Shown: positions 38,237 through 48,534 of the stretch, one piece after another
Layout: the number at the start of each line of letters is the position of its first letter
How positions within the stretch are numbered: position 1 is the first letter of the stretch
From: Treponema sp.
GTDB taxonomy: Bacteria; Spirochaetota; Spirochaetia; Treponematales; Treponemataceae
Assembly (NCBI GenBank): GCA_017962965.1
Contig: JAGCUI010000057.1
Coordinates: 451 to 64,450 of the forward strand
Length of the DNA stretch: 64,000 nt
Direction: 5' to 3'
The notes under the pieces: generated by a model
The model's input: the letters and a program-made list of their open reading frames with translations, nothing else
Told to the model about the DNA's origin: nothing
Database searches by the model: none
Program-made: the position numbers and the translations under genes

Positions 38237-38875
38237 CTATTCATTCTTCAAAAGCTTATATTCTTTTTTAAGGCACAATCCCGAATATGCAAGATATCCA
38301 AGCGAAAGAACGCACGCAATATAAATCATCTTGAGTGCTGCAAAACATGTGTCTGCAAAAGCCGGGAAAAGCATGTAAACAATAATCAGAATAATATTCT
38401 TGAGCTTCTGGCTCTTGTTATCTTCCTGAATACAGTAAACAAGTCTTTTTGCAGAATAAGAAATCTGAATAATCATTGCAAGGTAAATGAGCGGACGAAG
38501 TGAAATATCATAAAGTGAATAACGTGAATCTGTCATACTCATAATATAATATGGTAAATAAACTGCATAAAAAGATGCCATTAAAGGGAAAATAGCCTTT
38601 GCCTTATATTCCCATGTGTTTTTAGAAAGAACACAAAAGCCTGCAGGAACCAAAAGCATTGGTAAAAAGGAAAGCTTTATAAAATAATAAAAATAATTCT
38701 GAAAGAATGAATCAGGAATAAGTCTGTGTGCATAAGAAACAATAAAATGAATTGCACAAACTAAGATTCCTGTGAAAAATCCGATAAAAACAACTAAAGA
38801 GAATTTCTTTTCTCTTGCAAACAAAAAATAAAGCACCAGTGAAACTGGAAATAATAAAAGTAAAAATAATAACAT
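38237..38875 (-). CDS. Hypothetical integral membrane protein
   Basis: About 7 hydrophobic segments; no recognised motif. Confidence 0.7.
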   Translation of the reverse strand: MLLFLLLLFPVSLVLYFLFAREKKFSLVVFIGFFTGILVCAIHFIVSYAHRLIPDSFFQNYFYYFIKLSFLPMLLVPAGFCVLSKNTWEYKAKAIFPLMASFYAVYLPYYIMSMTDSRYSLYDISLRPLIYLAMIIQISYSAKRLVYCIQEDNKSQKLKNIILIIVYMLFPAFADTCFAALKMIYIACVLSLGYLAYSGLCLKKEYKLLKNE

Positions 38876-38914
38876 ATGAATAAAATACTATGTACAGATT
38901 TATTAATCAAGATG

Positions 38915-39730
38915 TTAGTCGGCTTTTGCCTTAATCCTAATTATCTGTGCAGTTCCTTCTATAGTGATTTTTTCTCCGGGTAATACGGCGTAGATTTCTT
39001 CCGAAAGGATTTTTTTACCAATCTTTTCTTCAGAAGTTCTGATTACCGCGTTACTTTCGCTAAGTATATAAATAAGCTGAACATTCTTTGCGCACTTTTC
39101 GCCTGAATTGAACATGCTCCATCCACCTTTGATGTTTATCTGTTCAAGGCTAAAGTATTCACATTCAAACTTGCCCGGAAACTTTGCAACCGGAATCATA
39201 CCCTCTCTTTTAATTACGGAAAGTCCCTTCTGGATATGAACCTCGCGTCCCCTGCCCCAGTCGTAAAGTCTGTAGGTTAAATCACAGGACTGCTGAACTT
39301 CCATAAGCCTGAGCCCCGCACCTATTGCATGTACAGTTCCTGCAGGAATAAAGATAAAATCCCCTTTCTGAACGTTTACAAATTCAAGATAATCTTCGAG
39401 CTTGTTTTGGGTAATTGCATCGGAAAGCACCTGGTTTGAATAACCTTCTTTAATTCCGTATACAATTTTCGCATCAGGCTTGGCATCCAAAACATACCAG
39501 CATTCAGTTTTTCCGCGGTTACCCTCTCCTTCAAGCTTAACAGCCCAATCGTCGTCGGGATGCACCTGGATGGAAAGAGTATCGTTTGCCTGTATAACCT
39601 TAACTAAAAGAGGATAGTCACCTCCGCAAGCTTTTAGAAATTCCTTCTGGCAGTCGTTTGGATGTGTGGATGCAATCCAGAGTTCATATCCCCAGATTTT
39701 CTCCGATTTTATAGATTCAAGTTTAAGCAT
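38915..39730 (-). CDS. manA: Type I mannose-6-phosphate isomerase (cupin)
   Basis: PLLVK, LSIQVHPDD, KTECWY, PAGTVHA, EVQQSCDLTYRLYDW. Confidence 0.88.
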   Translation of the reverse strand: MLKLESIKSEKIWGYELWIASTHPNDCQKEFLKACGGDYPLLVKVIQANDTLSIQVHPDDDWAVKLEGEGNRGKTECWYVLDAKPDAKIVYGIKEGYSNQVLSDAITQNKLEDYLEFVNVQKGDFIFIPAGTVHAIGAGLRLMEVQQSCDLTYRLYDWGRGREVHIQKGLSVIKREGMIPVAKFPGKFECEYFSLEQINIKGGWSMFNSGEKCAKNVQLIYILSESNAVIRTSEEKIGKKILSEEIYAVLPGEKITIEGTAQIIRIKAKAD

Positions 39731-39759
39731 AATAGTTCCATTGTTACAGTGTATTTATC

Positions 39760-39841
39760 GTGGATTGCTTCGCTTTGCTCGCAATGACGGAGTTTCGATT
39801 CTTATTACGTCATTGCGAGGAACGAAGTGACGCGGCAATCT
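39760..39841. repeat. Inverted pair of GTCATTGCGAG...GCAATC elements (REP doublet-like)
   Basis: Minus copy 39760-39790 and plus copy 39808-39841 are separated by a short spacer; the right copy overlaps the TAG of the upstream gene. Confidence 0.85.
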
Positions 39842-40754
39842 ATTTTTCCCAGAGTTTTTCAGGGTAATAACCGGACTGGATTTTTTTGGCGATTTCGTCC
39901 TTTACAATCTGACGGTCTTCAGGATAAGTCATTCCAAACCATGTTTCCTGAGAAGAGAAGAACTTAATCGAGCCCTTTCCCTTAGAAATGATTTCGCCGG
40001 CAGATACAGGTAAAAGTGCTTCTGCTTTTGGAGCTGTTGAATTTTCCTTGATAAAGTTATCCCAGTATACGTGGAATTCTTCAAAAGCTTTTGGTGTAAA
40101 TCCAAAGAGGTTCATACTAACCCATTCTTTTCCAGTAAAGAGCTTCTTTTCTCCGTCAGGCATTTCGCTGATTACCTGATCGTTTTCGCCGTAATAAATC
40201 TTAAGGTTTTCTTCGATTGTAGCAAGCTTGTCGTCTTTAACTGTACATACACCGCGGCTTACAGAACCACTGCGGCTCATTGTGTTACCAAGAACATAAC
40301 CAACCATTGCATGTTCAGTGCAGTCGTTTTCTATTGAAGAAAGATATTTTCCAAGCACTTCAAATGCCTGTCTTCCGTAATAGTCATCTGAGTTAATAAC
40401 TGCAAAAGGAGTTTTGATTGCACTTTCTGCACACAAAACGGCATGAGTTGTTCCCCAAGGCTTTGTTCTTCCTTCGCTGTCCTTAATCTGCTGTGGTGTT
40501 AATAAAGAATCGTGATTCTGGAAAACATATTCAGCATCGCAGTTTCTTGCAATACGGTCAAACAATCTTTCTCTGAACGGCTGTTCAATATCTTTACGGA
40601 TAATAAAAACTACCTTTCCAAATCCGCTTTTCATTGCATCATAAGTTGCAAAATCCAAAAGACATTCATCATGTAATCCAACTCCGTCAATCTGTTTTAC
40701 TCCACCATAACGGCTTCCCATTCCGGCTGCCAATACTAATAATGTTGGTTTCAT
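39840..40754 (-). CDS. Sugar-phosphate nucleotidyltransferase
   Basis: LVLAAGMGSRYGGVKQ, KPWGTTHA, INSDDYYG, SVSRGVC. Confidence 0.87.
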   Translation of the reverse strand: MKPTLLVLAAGMGSRYGGVKQIDGVGLHDECLLDFATYDAMKSGFGKVVFIIRKDIEQPFRERLFDRIARNCDAEYVFQNHDSLLTPQQIKDSEGRTKPWGTTHAVLCAESAIKTPFAVINSDDYYGRQAFEVLGKYLSSIENDCTEHAMVGYVLGNTMSRSGSVSRGVCTVKDDKLATIEENLKIYYGENDQVISEMPDGEKKLFTGKEWVSMNLFGFTPKAFEEFHVYWDNFIKENSTAPKAEALLPVSAGEIISKGKGSIKFFSSQETWFGMTYPEDRQIVKDEIAKKIQSGYYPEKLWEK

Positions 40755-40768
40755 TTTATACCTCTTGT

Positions 40769-41470
40769 TTATTGTGTTATTGTTTCAAGCGCAAGCTTCA
40801 TCATATTTGTAAAGCTTTCCTGTCTTTCCTGACTGGTTGTTTCTTCGCCTGTAACAAAATTATTACTCACTGTTAAAATTGCCAGAGCCTTTCGTTTAAA
40901 CTCTGCTGCTAGAGTATACAACTCTGCTGCTTCCATTTCAATTCCTATAACTCCGTACTTTTTCCAGAATTTCCAGGTTTCATTTTCATCATAAAAACGA
41001 TCGCCCGAAAAACACTGTCCTACATAGGTTTTAATTCCAAGCTCCTTTGACTTATTATAAGCAGTATTTAAAAGCTCAAAATCAGGAACAGGAGCATAAT
41101 GATTAAAGCCGAATCTCTGTGTCTGAAGATTTGAATCCGTACAGGCTCCGTTTGCCAGAATCACACTGCGGCAAGGCACATCCTCGCTAACTCCGCCCGC
41201 AGTCCCAATTCTAATCGCCTTCTGAACATCATAAAACTGGAACAGCTCCTGAACATAAATAGATAAAGACGGTTGTCCCATGCCGGTTCCCTGAACAGAA
41301 ACTTTCTTTCCGTTATAAGTGCCTGTAAATCCAAGCATTCCGCGAACCTCGTTGTAACAAACAGCGTCCTTTAAAAAATTCTCTGCAATAAACTTTGCCC
41401 TGAGCGGATCCCCCGGAAGAAGAACCAATGGAGCAATTGCACCCTCTGGTGCGTTAATATGTGTACTCAT
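40769..41470 (-). CDS. deoD: Purine nucleoside phosphorylase DeoD-type
   Basis: STHINA, LPGDPLRAK, GTGMGQPS, IRIGTAG, IEMEAA. Confidence 0.96.
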   Translation of the reverse strand: MSTHINAPEGAIAPLVLLPGDPLRAKFIAENFLKDAVCYNEVRGMLGFTGTYNGKKVSVQGTGMGQPSLSIYVQELFQFYDVQKAIRIGTAGGVSEDVPCRSVILANGACTDSNLQTQRFGFNHYAPVPDFELLNTAYNKSKELGIKTYVGQCFSGDRFYDENETWKFWKKYGVIGIEMEAAELYTLAAEFKRKALAILTVSNNFVTGEETTSQERQESFTNMMKLALETITQ

Positions 41471-41552
41471 ACCTTAAGTATAAGATGAAAAACTAAAAAA
41501 ATAAATTGAAAATTTTTTCCACTTACGAGTTTTTTTATATTATAATTATAGT

Positions 41553-41999
41553 ATGTTAGTTTATTTATCAGACATTTCCCCATGGATTTGGGTAGGCGTT
41601 CTGGTTGTATCATGCGTTATAGAAGCATTTACACTGGGACTAACGACAATTTGGAGTGCAATTGCTGCAATTCCATTAATTTTCATCGCCCGAACGGGTA
41701 TGCCGTTTCAGTGGCAGTTTCTGATTTTTGTTATTCTAACTCTTGTTTTAATCATTTTTACGCGTCCGTTTGCAGTAAAAAAGCTTAAAATAGGAAAAGA
41801 GAAAACGAATGTAGATTCAATGATCGGTGAGGAGGTTATAATTACAAAAACTGTTTCAAAATTTACAAAAGGTGAAGCTAAGGCCAAAAACGGAGTAATA
41901 TGGGCTGCAGCCAGTGAAAATCAGGAAAACGAAATCCCGGAAGGAACTGTGTGTAAAATCACAGCCGTAAAGGGAAATACAATATTCGTAACTCAATAA
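41553..41999 (+). CDS. NfeD/YbbJ-like membrane protein
   Basis: N-terminal TMs plus C-terminal OB fold (G...W.A.S); precedes the SPFH gene. Confidence 0.88.
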   Translation: MLVYLSDISPWIWVGVLVVSCVIEAFTLGLTTIWSAIAAIPLIFIARTGMPFQWQFLIFVILTLVLIIFTRPFAVKKLKIGKEKTNVDSMIGEEVIITKTVSKFTKGEAKAKNGVIWAAASENQENEIPEGTVCKITAVKGNTIFVTQ

Positions 42000-42014
42000 A
42001 AAAGGAGAAGAAAA

Positions 42015-42923
42015 ATGGGTGTATATTTAACCATTGCACTTGCAGTTGTAGTAATCATTCTTATTGCTACAAACATCAGAATTATTCCACAGTCTTCGGC
42101 AGCAGTAATCGAAAGACTTGGTGGATATCAGAAAACTTGGAACGTTGGACTTCATGTAAAGATGCCTTTTATCGACAGAATTGCAAACAGGGTTTCTTTA
42201 AAGGAAAAAGTATTCGACTTTCCACCACAGCCGGTTATTACCAAAGATAACGTAACAATGATGATTGATACTGTAGTTTATTTCCAGATTACAGATCCTA
42301 AATTGTATACATACGGTGTAGAACGCCCTATTAACGCTTTGGAAAATCTTAGTGCTACAACCCTGCGTAACATCATTGGTGAACTTGAACTTGATGAATC
42401 TTTAACAAGCCGTGACGTTATTAATACAAAGATGCGCTCAATCCTGGATGAAGCAACAGACCCTTGGGGTATCAAGGTAAACCGTGTAGAAGTTAAGAAT
42501 ATTGAACCTCCACAGGCAATCCGCGAAGCAATGGAAAAACAGATGAAGGCTGAACGTGAACGCCGTGAACAGATTCTTATTGCAGAAGGACACAAGCAGT
42601 CTGCAATCCTCGAAGCCGAAGGTAAAAAACAGTCTTTGATTCTTGAAGCAGAAGCTGCAAAAGAAGCTGCAATCCAAAAGGCAAAGGGTGAAGCAGAAGC
42701 TATCCGTGAAGTTCAGCAGGCTAAGGCAGCAGGTCTTAAAATGCTTAAGGATGCAGGTATGGACGACAAGGTTCTTAAACTCAGAAGTATCGAAGCATTT
42801 GAAGTTGCAAGCCATGGTCAGGCAACAAAGATTATCGTGCCTTCAGACATGCAGAGTCTTGCCGGAGTTGTTTCAAGCATTTCTGAAATTGCCAAGAGCG
42901 GTAATGCCCCTGCAAAAAAATAA
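42015..42923 (+). CDS. SPFH/band-7 (QmcA/stomatin-like) protein
   Basis: ERLG, PVITKDNV, TTLRNIIG, WGIKVNRVEVK, QMKAERERR. Confidence 0.93.
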   Translation: MGVYLTIALAVVVIILIATNIRIIPQSSAAVIERLGGYQKTWNVGLHVKMPFIDRIANRVSLKEKVFDFPPQPVITKDNVTMMIDTVVYFQITDPKLYTYGVERPINALENLSATTLRNIIGELELDESLTSRDVINTKMRSILDEATDPWGIKVNRVEVKNIEPPQAIREAMEKQMKAERERREQILIAEGHKQSAILEAEGKKQSLILEAEAAKEAAIQKAKGEAEAIREVQQAKAAGLKMLKDAGMDDKVLKLRSIEAFEVASHGQATKIIVPSDMQSLAGVVSSISEIAKSGNAPAKK

Positions 42924-42940
42924 TCACTGAAAAATCATAA

Positions 42941-43513
42941 TCAGCAGAAGATTATTCCAAAAACTGCACCCAAGAGTATTATAATGATTGGGTGCGGTTT
43001 AAATTTAAAAAGAAGAAATACAAAAACACCGTAAGCGGCCAAATTAATCCATTCAAATAAACTTTTCCAGGTATAAATATATTTCAACGCTTCTAAATTC
43101 GAAGGCAGATTCAAACAGCTGAATACAAACATATTAACTGCAGGAACTAAAATCAATCCGGTTGTAACAGGTCTTAAAAAATCAAGGGCACCTTTTAAAA
43201 GAGGATTTGAATTAAATTTCTGAATAAAGTGTGCAACAATCACAATGATTATGATTGAAGGTAAAACTTCTGCAAGGGTAGCAACAATTCCGCCAATAAC
43301 ACCATGCTGGGAGTAACCGATATAAGTTGCCATGTTTGTACCCAAAGGGCCGGGTGTACTTTCCGAAATAGCAACCATATTGTAGAACATCTCTTCCGTA
43401 ATTATTCCCTTTGCTACAATTGTCTGCTGCATGAGTGTAAGAGAAACAATTCCGCCGCCTATTGTGAAAAAACCGATGTACAAAAATGTATAAAAAAGTG
43501 CAAACAAACTCAT
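42941..43513 (-). CDS. Short-chain chromate transporter (CHR) subunit
   Basis: FTIGGG, SESTPGP motifs. Confidence 0.9.
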   Translation of the reverse strand: MSLFALFYTFLYIGFFTIGGGIVSLTLMQQTIVAKGIITEEMFYNMVAISESTPGPLGTNMATYIGYSQHGVIGGIVATLAEVLPSIIIIVIVAHFIQKFNSNPLLKGALDFLRPVTTGLILVPAVNMFVFSCLNLPSNLEALKYIYTWKSLFEWINLAAYGVFVFLLFKFKPHPIIIILLGAVFGIIFC

Positions 43514-44103
43514 TACTGGTTACCGTCCTTATCGTTCTGATTTTTCACCTGCGACCTTGTTGCAAGAGTTAATATTATACCTATTAAAAGCGCGCTCAAA
43601 ATAATCCAGAAGGAAGGAACTTTAAAGAAAAAGACCAGCACAAAAGCTATGAGCATGAATATTGCATTTTCAAAATTCTTTATTGTCTTACGCGCAAAGT
43701 TGATGATTACATAAGTCATTAAAGCGGCAACAGCAACATTAATTCCACGCAACGCTTTTTGTACATAAGGATAATCTGAAATGGAATTAATAAAGGTTGC
43801 CAGAATCATGATGATAAGTAAAGAAGGAGTAATCATTCCCAAAGTAGAAACAATTCCTCCGATTATTCCGGCCTGCTTATAACCTACAAAGGTAGAAACA
43901 TTTACTGCAACAATTCCCGGAGTACTCTGCCCTACAGCATAATAATCAATCAGCTCTTCCTCTGTAATCCATTTGCGTTTTTCAATCAATTCACGCTGCA
44001 TCATAGGCATCATGGCAAGTCCGCCGCCGATTGTAAAAGTTCCGATGCGGGCAAAAATGCCGTAAAGATCCAAAATTGTCTTTAGTTTTTCTTTAAAACC
44101 CAT
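43513..44103 (-). CDS. Short-chain chromate transporter (CHR) subunit
   Basis: FTIGGG, GQSTPG; translationally coupled to its partner. Confidence 0.9.
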   Translation of the reverse strand: MGFKEKLKTILDLYGIFARIGTFTIGGGLAMMPMMQRELIEKRKWITEEELIDYYAVGQSTPGIVAVNVSTFVGYKQAGIIGGIVSTLGMITPSLLIIMILATFINSISDYPYVQKALRGINVAVAALMTYVIINFARKTIKNFENAIFMLIAFVLVFFFKVPSFWIILSALLIGIILTLATRSQVKNQNDKDGNQ

Positions 44104-44128
44104 ATTATTCCGCCGTCAAAAAATAATT

Positions 44129-46192
44129 CTATATTCTTACTTCAACACAGGTGCCACCGGTTTTATTAGGCCTTATCTTAAAAGTTGCGCCAATCTGATT
44201 TGCCCTGTATTGCATGGAATTTAATCCCAACCCTGCCTTGTTTTTTCTGGTTGAATTAATTCCAATTCCATCGTCTGTAATATTAATGCATATATTCTGA
44301 GAATTTTCTACTATGGAAACACACGCGTTCTGTGCCTTTGAATGCTTGGCAACGTTATGAAGCGCTTCCTGTACAATTCTGAATATATTCAGTTTTTGAA
44401 CGTTATTTAAATCTGCATCATTTTTAATTTTAAATTCATACTTACAGTTTATTCCCGTAGTATTTTCAAATGAATTACAAAGATTATTTATACTTTTATT
44501 TAAACCAAGGCTTTCGAGTTCTACAGGATAAGAGTTATGCGCATACTGTCTTGTTGTCTGAAGCGTCTGGCTGATTAATTGGGCAAGCTCTTCCATCTCT
44601 TCTTTTTTTGCACCCTCTTCGTTTTTTGAATAACTTCTGCAAAGCATGGAAATTCCTGCAAGACGCTGACAGATATCATCATGTAAATCCGTACTGAATC
44701 TCTGGCGTTCAATTTCAGAAATACGCAGAACTTCGCCTTCTACTTCCATTCGTTTGTTGTTTGCTTCTACAAGCTCACGGGTTCTTTTATTGATTTCGCT
44801 TTCCAAAAATTCAGAACGGCGTTTATTTAATTCAAATGAGTTGATTCTTTCGATAGCCTGAGTAATAGAAATTGAGATTGTACAAAGGTACGGAAGAAGC
44901 TGGTCGTTTGCATCATAAAAAATAAGCCCCGAAAATGAATTACCCATATTAAGGAATTTAAAAATAAGATTATCCGGAGTTTCTGCATCATAGTCGCGGT
45001 ATTTATTAAAAAAGTTTGCAATCGTCATCGGCTGATTTCCGTTGAACTCGTAGAAAACCCTGCCGTTTCTTTTTATATAAAGCGGATTAATAATAAAGTC
45101 GTGGAAATCAAAAGGAGATGCTTCGTTTATAATAATCGGAAAACTCAATACACAAAAGTTCTGAATGCCAAGCTGTTCAACATAGGTGTCTATAACATTT
45201 TTAAAACTTCTTACATCCTCGCAGTAATTAATATCCTGGGCAAAGTGGCTTACAAGGCGCAGAAACTGTTCACTCTGAATATATTTATTCTGCATTTCCA
45301 CAAGATAATTCTGATCTCTTTGAATCTCATCCGTATTAATTTTACAGCCGCAGGAATTTCTTATGATTAAGGTTGATTCAACAAATGATTTTTTTGGAAC
45401 CTTTTCGTGATTTAAAAGCTTGAATAAAGTAGTTACTGCTTTTTCGCCTATTTCCGACAAAGGCTGATGAACTGTTGTTAAAGAAGGAATTACATAGGCA
45501 CTCTGAGGAATATCATCAAAGCCTGTAACCGCGCATTCTTTAATCTGATTATTCTGATTCATCTGGAAAAATTTATATGAACCGATTGCCATGTTATCGC
45601 TGGCACAAACAATCGCATCAATTTTTGCATCAGGATTTTCTGCATAAAAGTCTGCAAGCGCAATGGAAGCAACATGCTCCGAAAACCATCCTCGTCTTAC
45701 AAAATAATTTAATTCAGGATACCAGGGCTTATAAACTTCGATTGTCTTTTTAAAAATATCCTCGCGCATATCTGCATCGTGGTGATTTTCCGAACCGCTG
45801 ATATAAAGAAAGTTTCTGTAGCCGTGTTCAAGGATAAGGTGTTCTACAAGCTGTTTCATGGAAGCATCACTCTGGATTAATAAAGAAGGCAATCCCTTTA
45901 CTTCCTGTCCGATTGAAACAACAGGAATCTTTCCCCAAAGACGTTCAACCTCAGCTTTTAAATTAATCTTATATCCGTCTACAATTACCGAAGTAACAAA
46001 AAGAATTCCGTCTATATTAAAAAAGGATTCTGCCGGAAAGTGAGAAGCAAACGAAAGTGAAGAAAAGTTAATATTTTCAAGCTGAAAGCACACAAGCTCA
46101 AGACCAAGCTCTTCTGCCTTCTTTTTTACGCTCTTATATATGGAAATCTGATACTCTTCATTAAGAATATTTAATACAAGACCAATTCTCAT
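44129..46192 (-). CDS. Cytoplasmic histidine kinase with LacI-type sugar-binding sensor domain
   Basis: N-terminal LVEHLI..HGYR, AIVCASDNMA, VTGFDD, LTTVHQP, IRNSCGC; C-terminal ERQRFSTDLHD, QEALHNVAKH, DDGIG, GLGL; no TM seen. Start placed at ATG 46192. Confidence 0.88.
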   Translation of the reverse strand: MRIGLVLNILNEEYQISIYKSVKKKAEELGLELVCFQLENINFSSLSFASHFPAESFFNIDGILFVTSVIVDGYKINLKAEVERLWGKIPVVSIGQEVKGLPSLLIQSDASMKQLVEHLILEHGYRNFLYISGSENHHDADMREDIFKKTIEVYKPWYPELNYFVRRGWFSEHVASIALADFYAENPDAKIDAIVCASDNMAIGSYKFFQMNQNNQIKECAVTGFDDIPQSAYVIPSLTTVHQPLSEIGEKAVTTLFKLLNHEKVPKKSFVESTLIIRNSCGCKINTDEIQRDQNYLVEMQNKYIQSEQFLRLVSHFAQDINYCEDVRSFKNVIDTYVEQLGIQNFCVLSFPIIINEASPFDFHDFIINPLYIKRNGRVFYEFNGNQPMTIANFFNKYRDYDAETPDNLIFKFLNMGNSFSGLIFYDANDQLLPYLCTISISITQAIERINSFELNKRRSEFLESEINKRTRELVEANNKRMEVEGEVLRISEIERQRFSTDLHDDICQRLAGISMLCRSYSKNEEGAKKEEMEELAQLISQTLQTTRQYAHNSYPVELESLGLNKSINNLCNSFENTTGINCKYEFKIKNDADLNNVQKLNIFRIVQEALHNVAKHSKAQNACVSIVENSQNICINITDDGIGINSTRKNKAGLGLNSMQYRANQIGATFKIRPNKTGGTCVEVRI

Positions 46193-46237
46193 TATTTTAT
46201 TATACAATTATTTTGAAAATTATGATAATATATTCGT

Positions 46238-46888
46238 ATGGAATATACAGTAATTATTATAGACGATCATCCACTTTTCAGCAGGGGTCTTACTCAGCTG
46301 ATTGAAACTCAGAAATCATACAAGGTAATTGGAACTGCCAAAGACAGAATGGAAGCCTTATCTTTATTGAACAACGTTACTCCAAACCTTGCCATTGTAG
46401 ATTTGAATCTTGGACAGGAAGATGGTCTTGAATTAATTAAAGATTTAATATCACTTCAGCCAAAAACAAAGGTACTGGTTCTTTCCATGCACGACGAACG
46501 CTTTTATGCAGAAAGAGCATTAAAAGCAGGTGCCCGCGGCTACATCATGAAGGAAGAAGCTGAAACTCAGGTTATAAATGCCATCCAGACTGTAATTAAC
46601 GGTGAAATATATTTAAGCCAGAATGAAAAAAAGAGACTTCTGGAAGCAACAAGAGGAACAGGAATTGCCAAAGATAATTTTGATACAATCAATACCCTTT
46701 CGGACAGACAGCTTCAGATTTTTGTTTTAATCGGCCGAGGTCTTGGAACTGTGGATATTGCAGCTAAATTAAATTTGAGCATTAAGACAATAGACACACA
46801 TAAAGAAAACATCAAGGCAAAACTTCACTGTGCTTCAAGCGGCGAATTAAGACAGATGGCTATTGAGTGGACAAACAAGGCTAAATAA
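46238..46888 (+). CDS. NarL/LuxR-family response regulator
   Basis: IIDDHP, VDLNL, LSMH, GYIMK, C-terminal HTH LSIKTIDTHK. Confidence 0.93.
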   Translation: MEYTVIIIDDHPLFSRGLTQLIETQKSYKVIGTAKDRMEALSLLNNVTPNLAIVDLNLGQEDGLELIKDLISLQPKTKVLVLSMHDERFYAERALKAGARGYIMKEEAETQVINAIQTVINGEIYLSQNEKKRLLEATRGTGIAKDNFDTINTLSDRQLQIFVLIGRGLGTVDIAAKLNLSIKTIDTHKENIKAKLHCASSGELRQMAIEWTNKAK

Positions 46889-46889
46889 A

Positions 46890-48476
46890 TTAACCAAGGT
46901 TTCGTCCGTATAAGTAAGAAAGTTCAGACAATTCTTTTGCACGTAAATCAGTAAATGCTTTTTTCTCAGCCCTCCAGGTCCAGTTTGTTCCTGTTGTAGA
47001 AGGTGTATTCATTCTGCCTTCGTTTCCAACCCCCGCTACATCCTGGAAAGGAATTACTGCAAACACCGCATTACTTGCCATTACAGTTTTAATCATAAGC
47101 TTTCTAAGCTCGCCTGTTTTTACAAGAGAGAGGGCTTTCTCTGCACTCAAAGTTTTTCCTGTTATATATGAAGCAACTAAAACAAGCTGTTCTTCCTTTA
47201 AGTTCATAAGCCAGCCCTGTAATGTGTCGTTATCATGTGTTCCTGTATAAACAATGCAGTTACTTGTATCGTACATATGAGGAAGAAAATAATTTACCAT
47301 ACCGTGTTCCTTTGCTTCTTCCACACTGAATGCAAACTGCAAAACCTTCATACCTGGGAAACCACATTCATCACGCAAGGCTTTTACTTCGTCTGTAATA
47401 ACACCAAGATCTTCTGCAATTACAGGAAGATCTCCGCACTTTTTTTTGATTGTTTTAAATAAATCTACTCCCGGTCCTTTTATCCATTTTCCGTTGATGG
47501 CTGTTTTTTCATTTGCAGGTACAGACCAGAAGGCTTCAAAACCGCGGAAGTGATCTATTCTTAAAACATCAGTTAATTCAAAAATACGTTTGATTCGTTT
47601 TACCCACCAGGAATATCCGTCGTTTTTCATGGCTTGCCAGTCGTACAAAGGATTACCCCAGAGCTGGCCCTCTGCACTAAAATAATCAGGCGGAACTCCT
47701 GCAACGCACAAAGGTCTTCCGTTTTCATCAAGCATAAAAAGCTTCTGATTTGCCCAAACATCGGCACTGTCAGGAGCAACAAAGATCGGAATATCACCGA
47801 TTATTTTAATTCCGTTTTGATTTGCATATTCTTTTAAAGCATTCCACTGAACATCAAAAAAGAACTGGATTACTTTTAAAACTTCAATCTCTTCTTTGTT
47901 TTCTTTTTCCCATTTTAAAAGAGCCTCTTTTTGACAAGAAGCAAGTTCCTTTGGCCAGTAATAGCACCATCTTGAATCAAGAGGTTTTTCTTCCTGTGCT
48001 TTTTTATCATAAAATTCCTTAATGCTCATAAAAACTGCATAAGGCTCAAGCCAGAAGGATTTTTCCTTACAGAAAGTTTTATATAACAAAAGGTCATCCT
48101 GGGAAGCATTCTGTAAAAAATATTTTGCGCAGGCTTTTAAAACCGGAATCTTCCACCATACAACAGAGCCAAAATCAACATTACCTGTTTTAGAAATATA
48201 GGACGGAGCCTTAATGTCTTTTTTTAATGCCCATCCTCTCTGGCAAAGCAAATCCAGATCTATTAAAAGCGGGTTTCCGGCAAAGGTTGAAAAAGATGCG
48301 TATGGAGAATCGCCGTAGCCTGTAGGACCAAGCGGAAGAATCTGCCACAAAGACTGCCCTGCTTTTTTAAGCCAGTCTATAAATTCAAATGCAGCCTTTC
48401 CTATTGTGCCAATTCCGTCTGTTCCCGGCAAAGATGTTGGATGAAGTAAAACTCCGCTTTTTCTTGTAAAATTCAT
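46890..48476 (-). CDS. malQ: 4-alpha-glucanotransferase (GH77)
   Basis: GVLLHPTSLP, WQILPL, GVPPDYFS, RIDHFRG, AEDLG, YTGTHDNDT. Confidence 0.97.
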   Translation of the reverse strand: MNFTRKSGVLLHPTSLPGTDGIGTIGKAAFEFIDWLKKAGQSLWQILPLGPTGYGDSPYASFSTFAGNPLLIDLDLLCQRGWALKKDIKAPSYISKTGNVDFGSVVWWKIPVLKACAKYFLQNASQDDLLLYKTFCKEKSFWLEPYAVFMSIKEFYDKKAQEEKPLDSRWCYYWPKELASCQKEALLKWEKENKEEIEVLKVIQFFFDVQWNALKEYANQNGIKIIGDIPIFVAPDSADVWANQKLFMLDENGRPLCVAGVPPDYFSAEGQLWGNPLYDWQAMKNDGYSWWVKRIKRIFELTDVLRIDHFRGFEAFWSVPANEKTAINGKWIKGPGVDLFKTIKKKCGDLPVIAEDLGVITDEVKALRDECGFPGMKVLQFAFSVEEAKEHGMVNYFLPHMYDTSNCIVYTGTHDNDTLQGWLMNLKEEQLVLVASYITGKTLSAEKALSLVKTGELRKLMIKTVMASNAVFAVIPFQDVAGVGNEGRMNTPSTTGTNWTWRAEKKAFTDLRAKELSELSYLYGRNLG

Positions 48477-48534
48477 TTTGAACTCCAGTAAAAAATCATG
48501 GAAAAATTTTTTGAAAATGCAAACTTACAAAACA

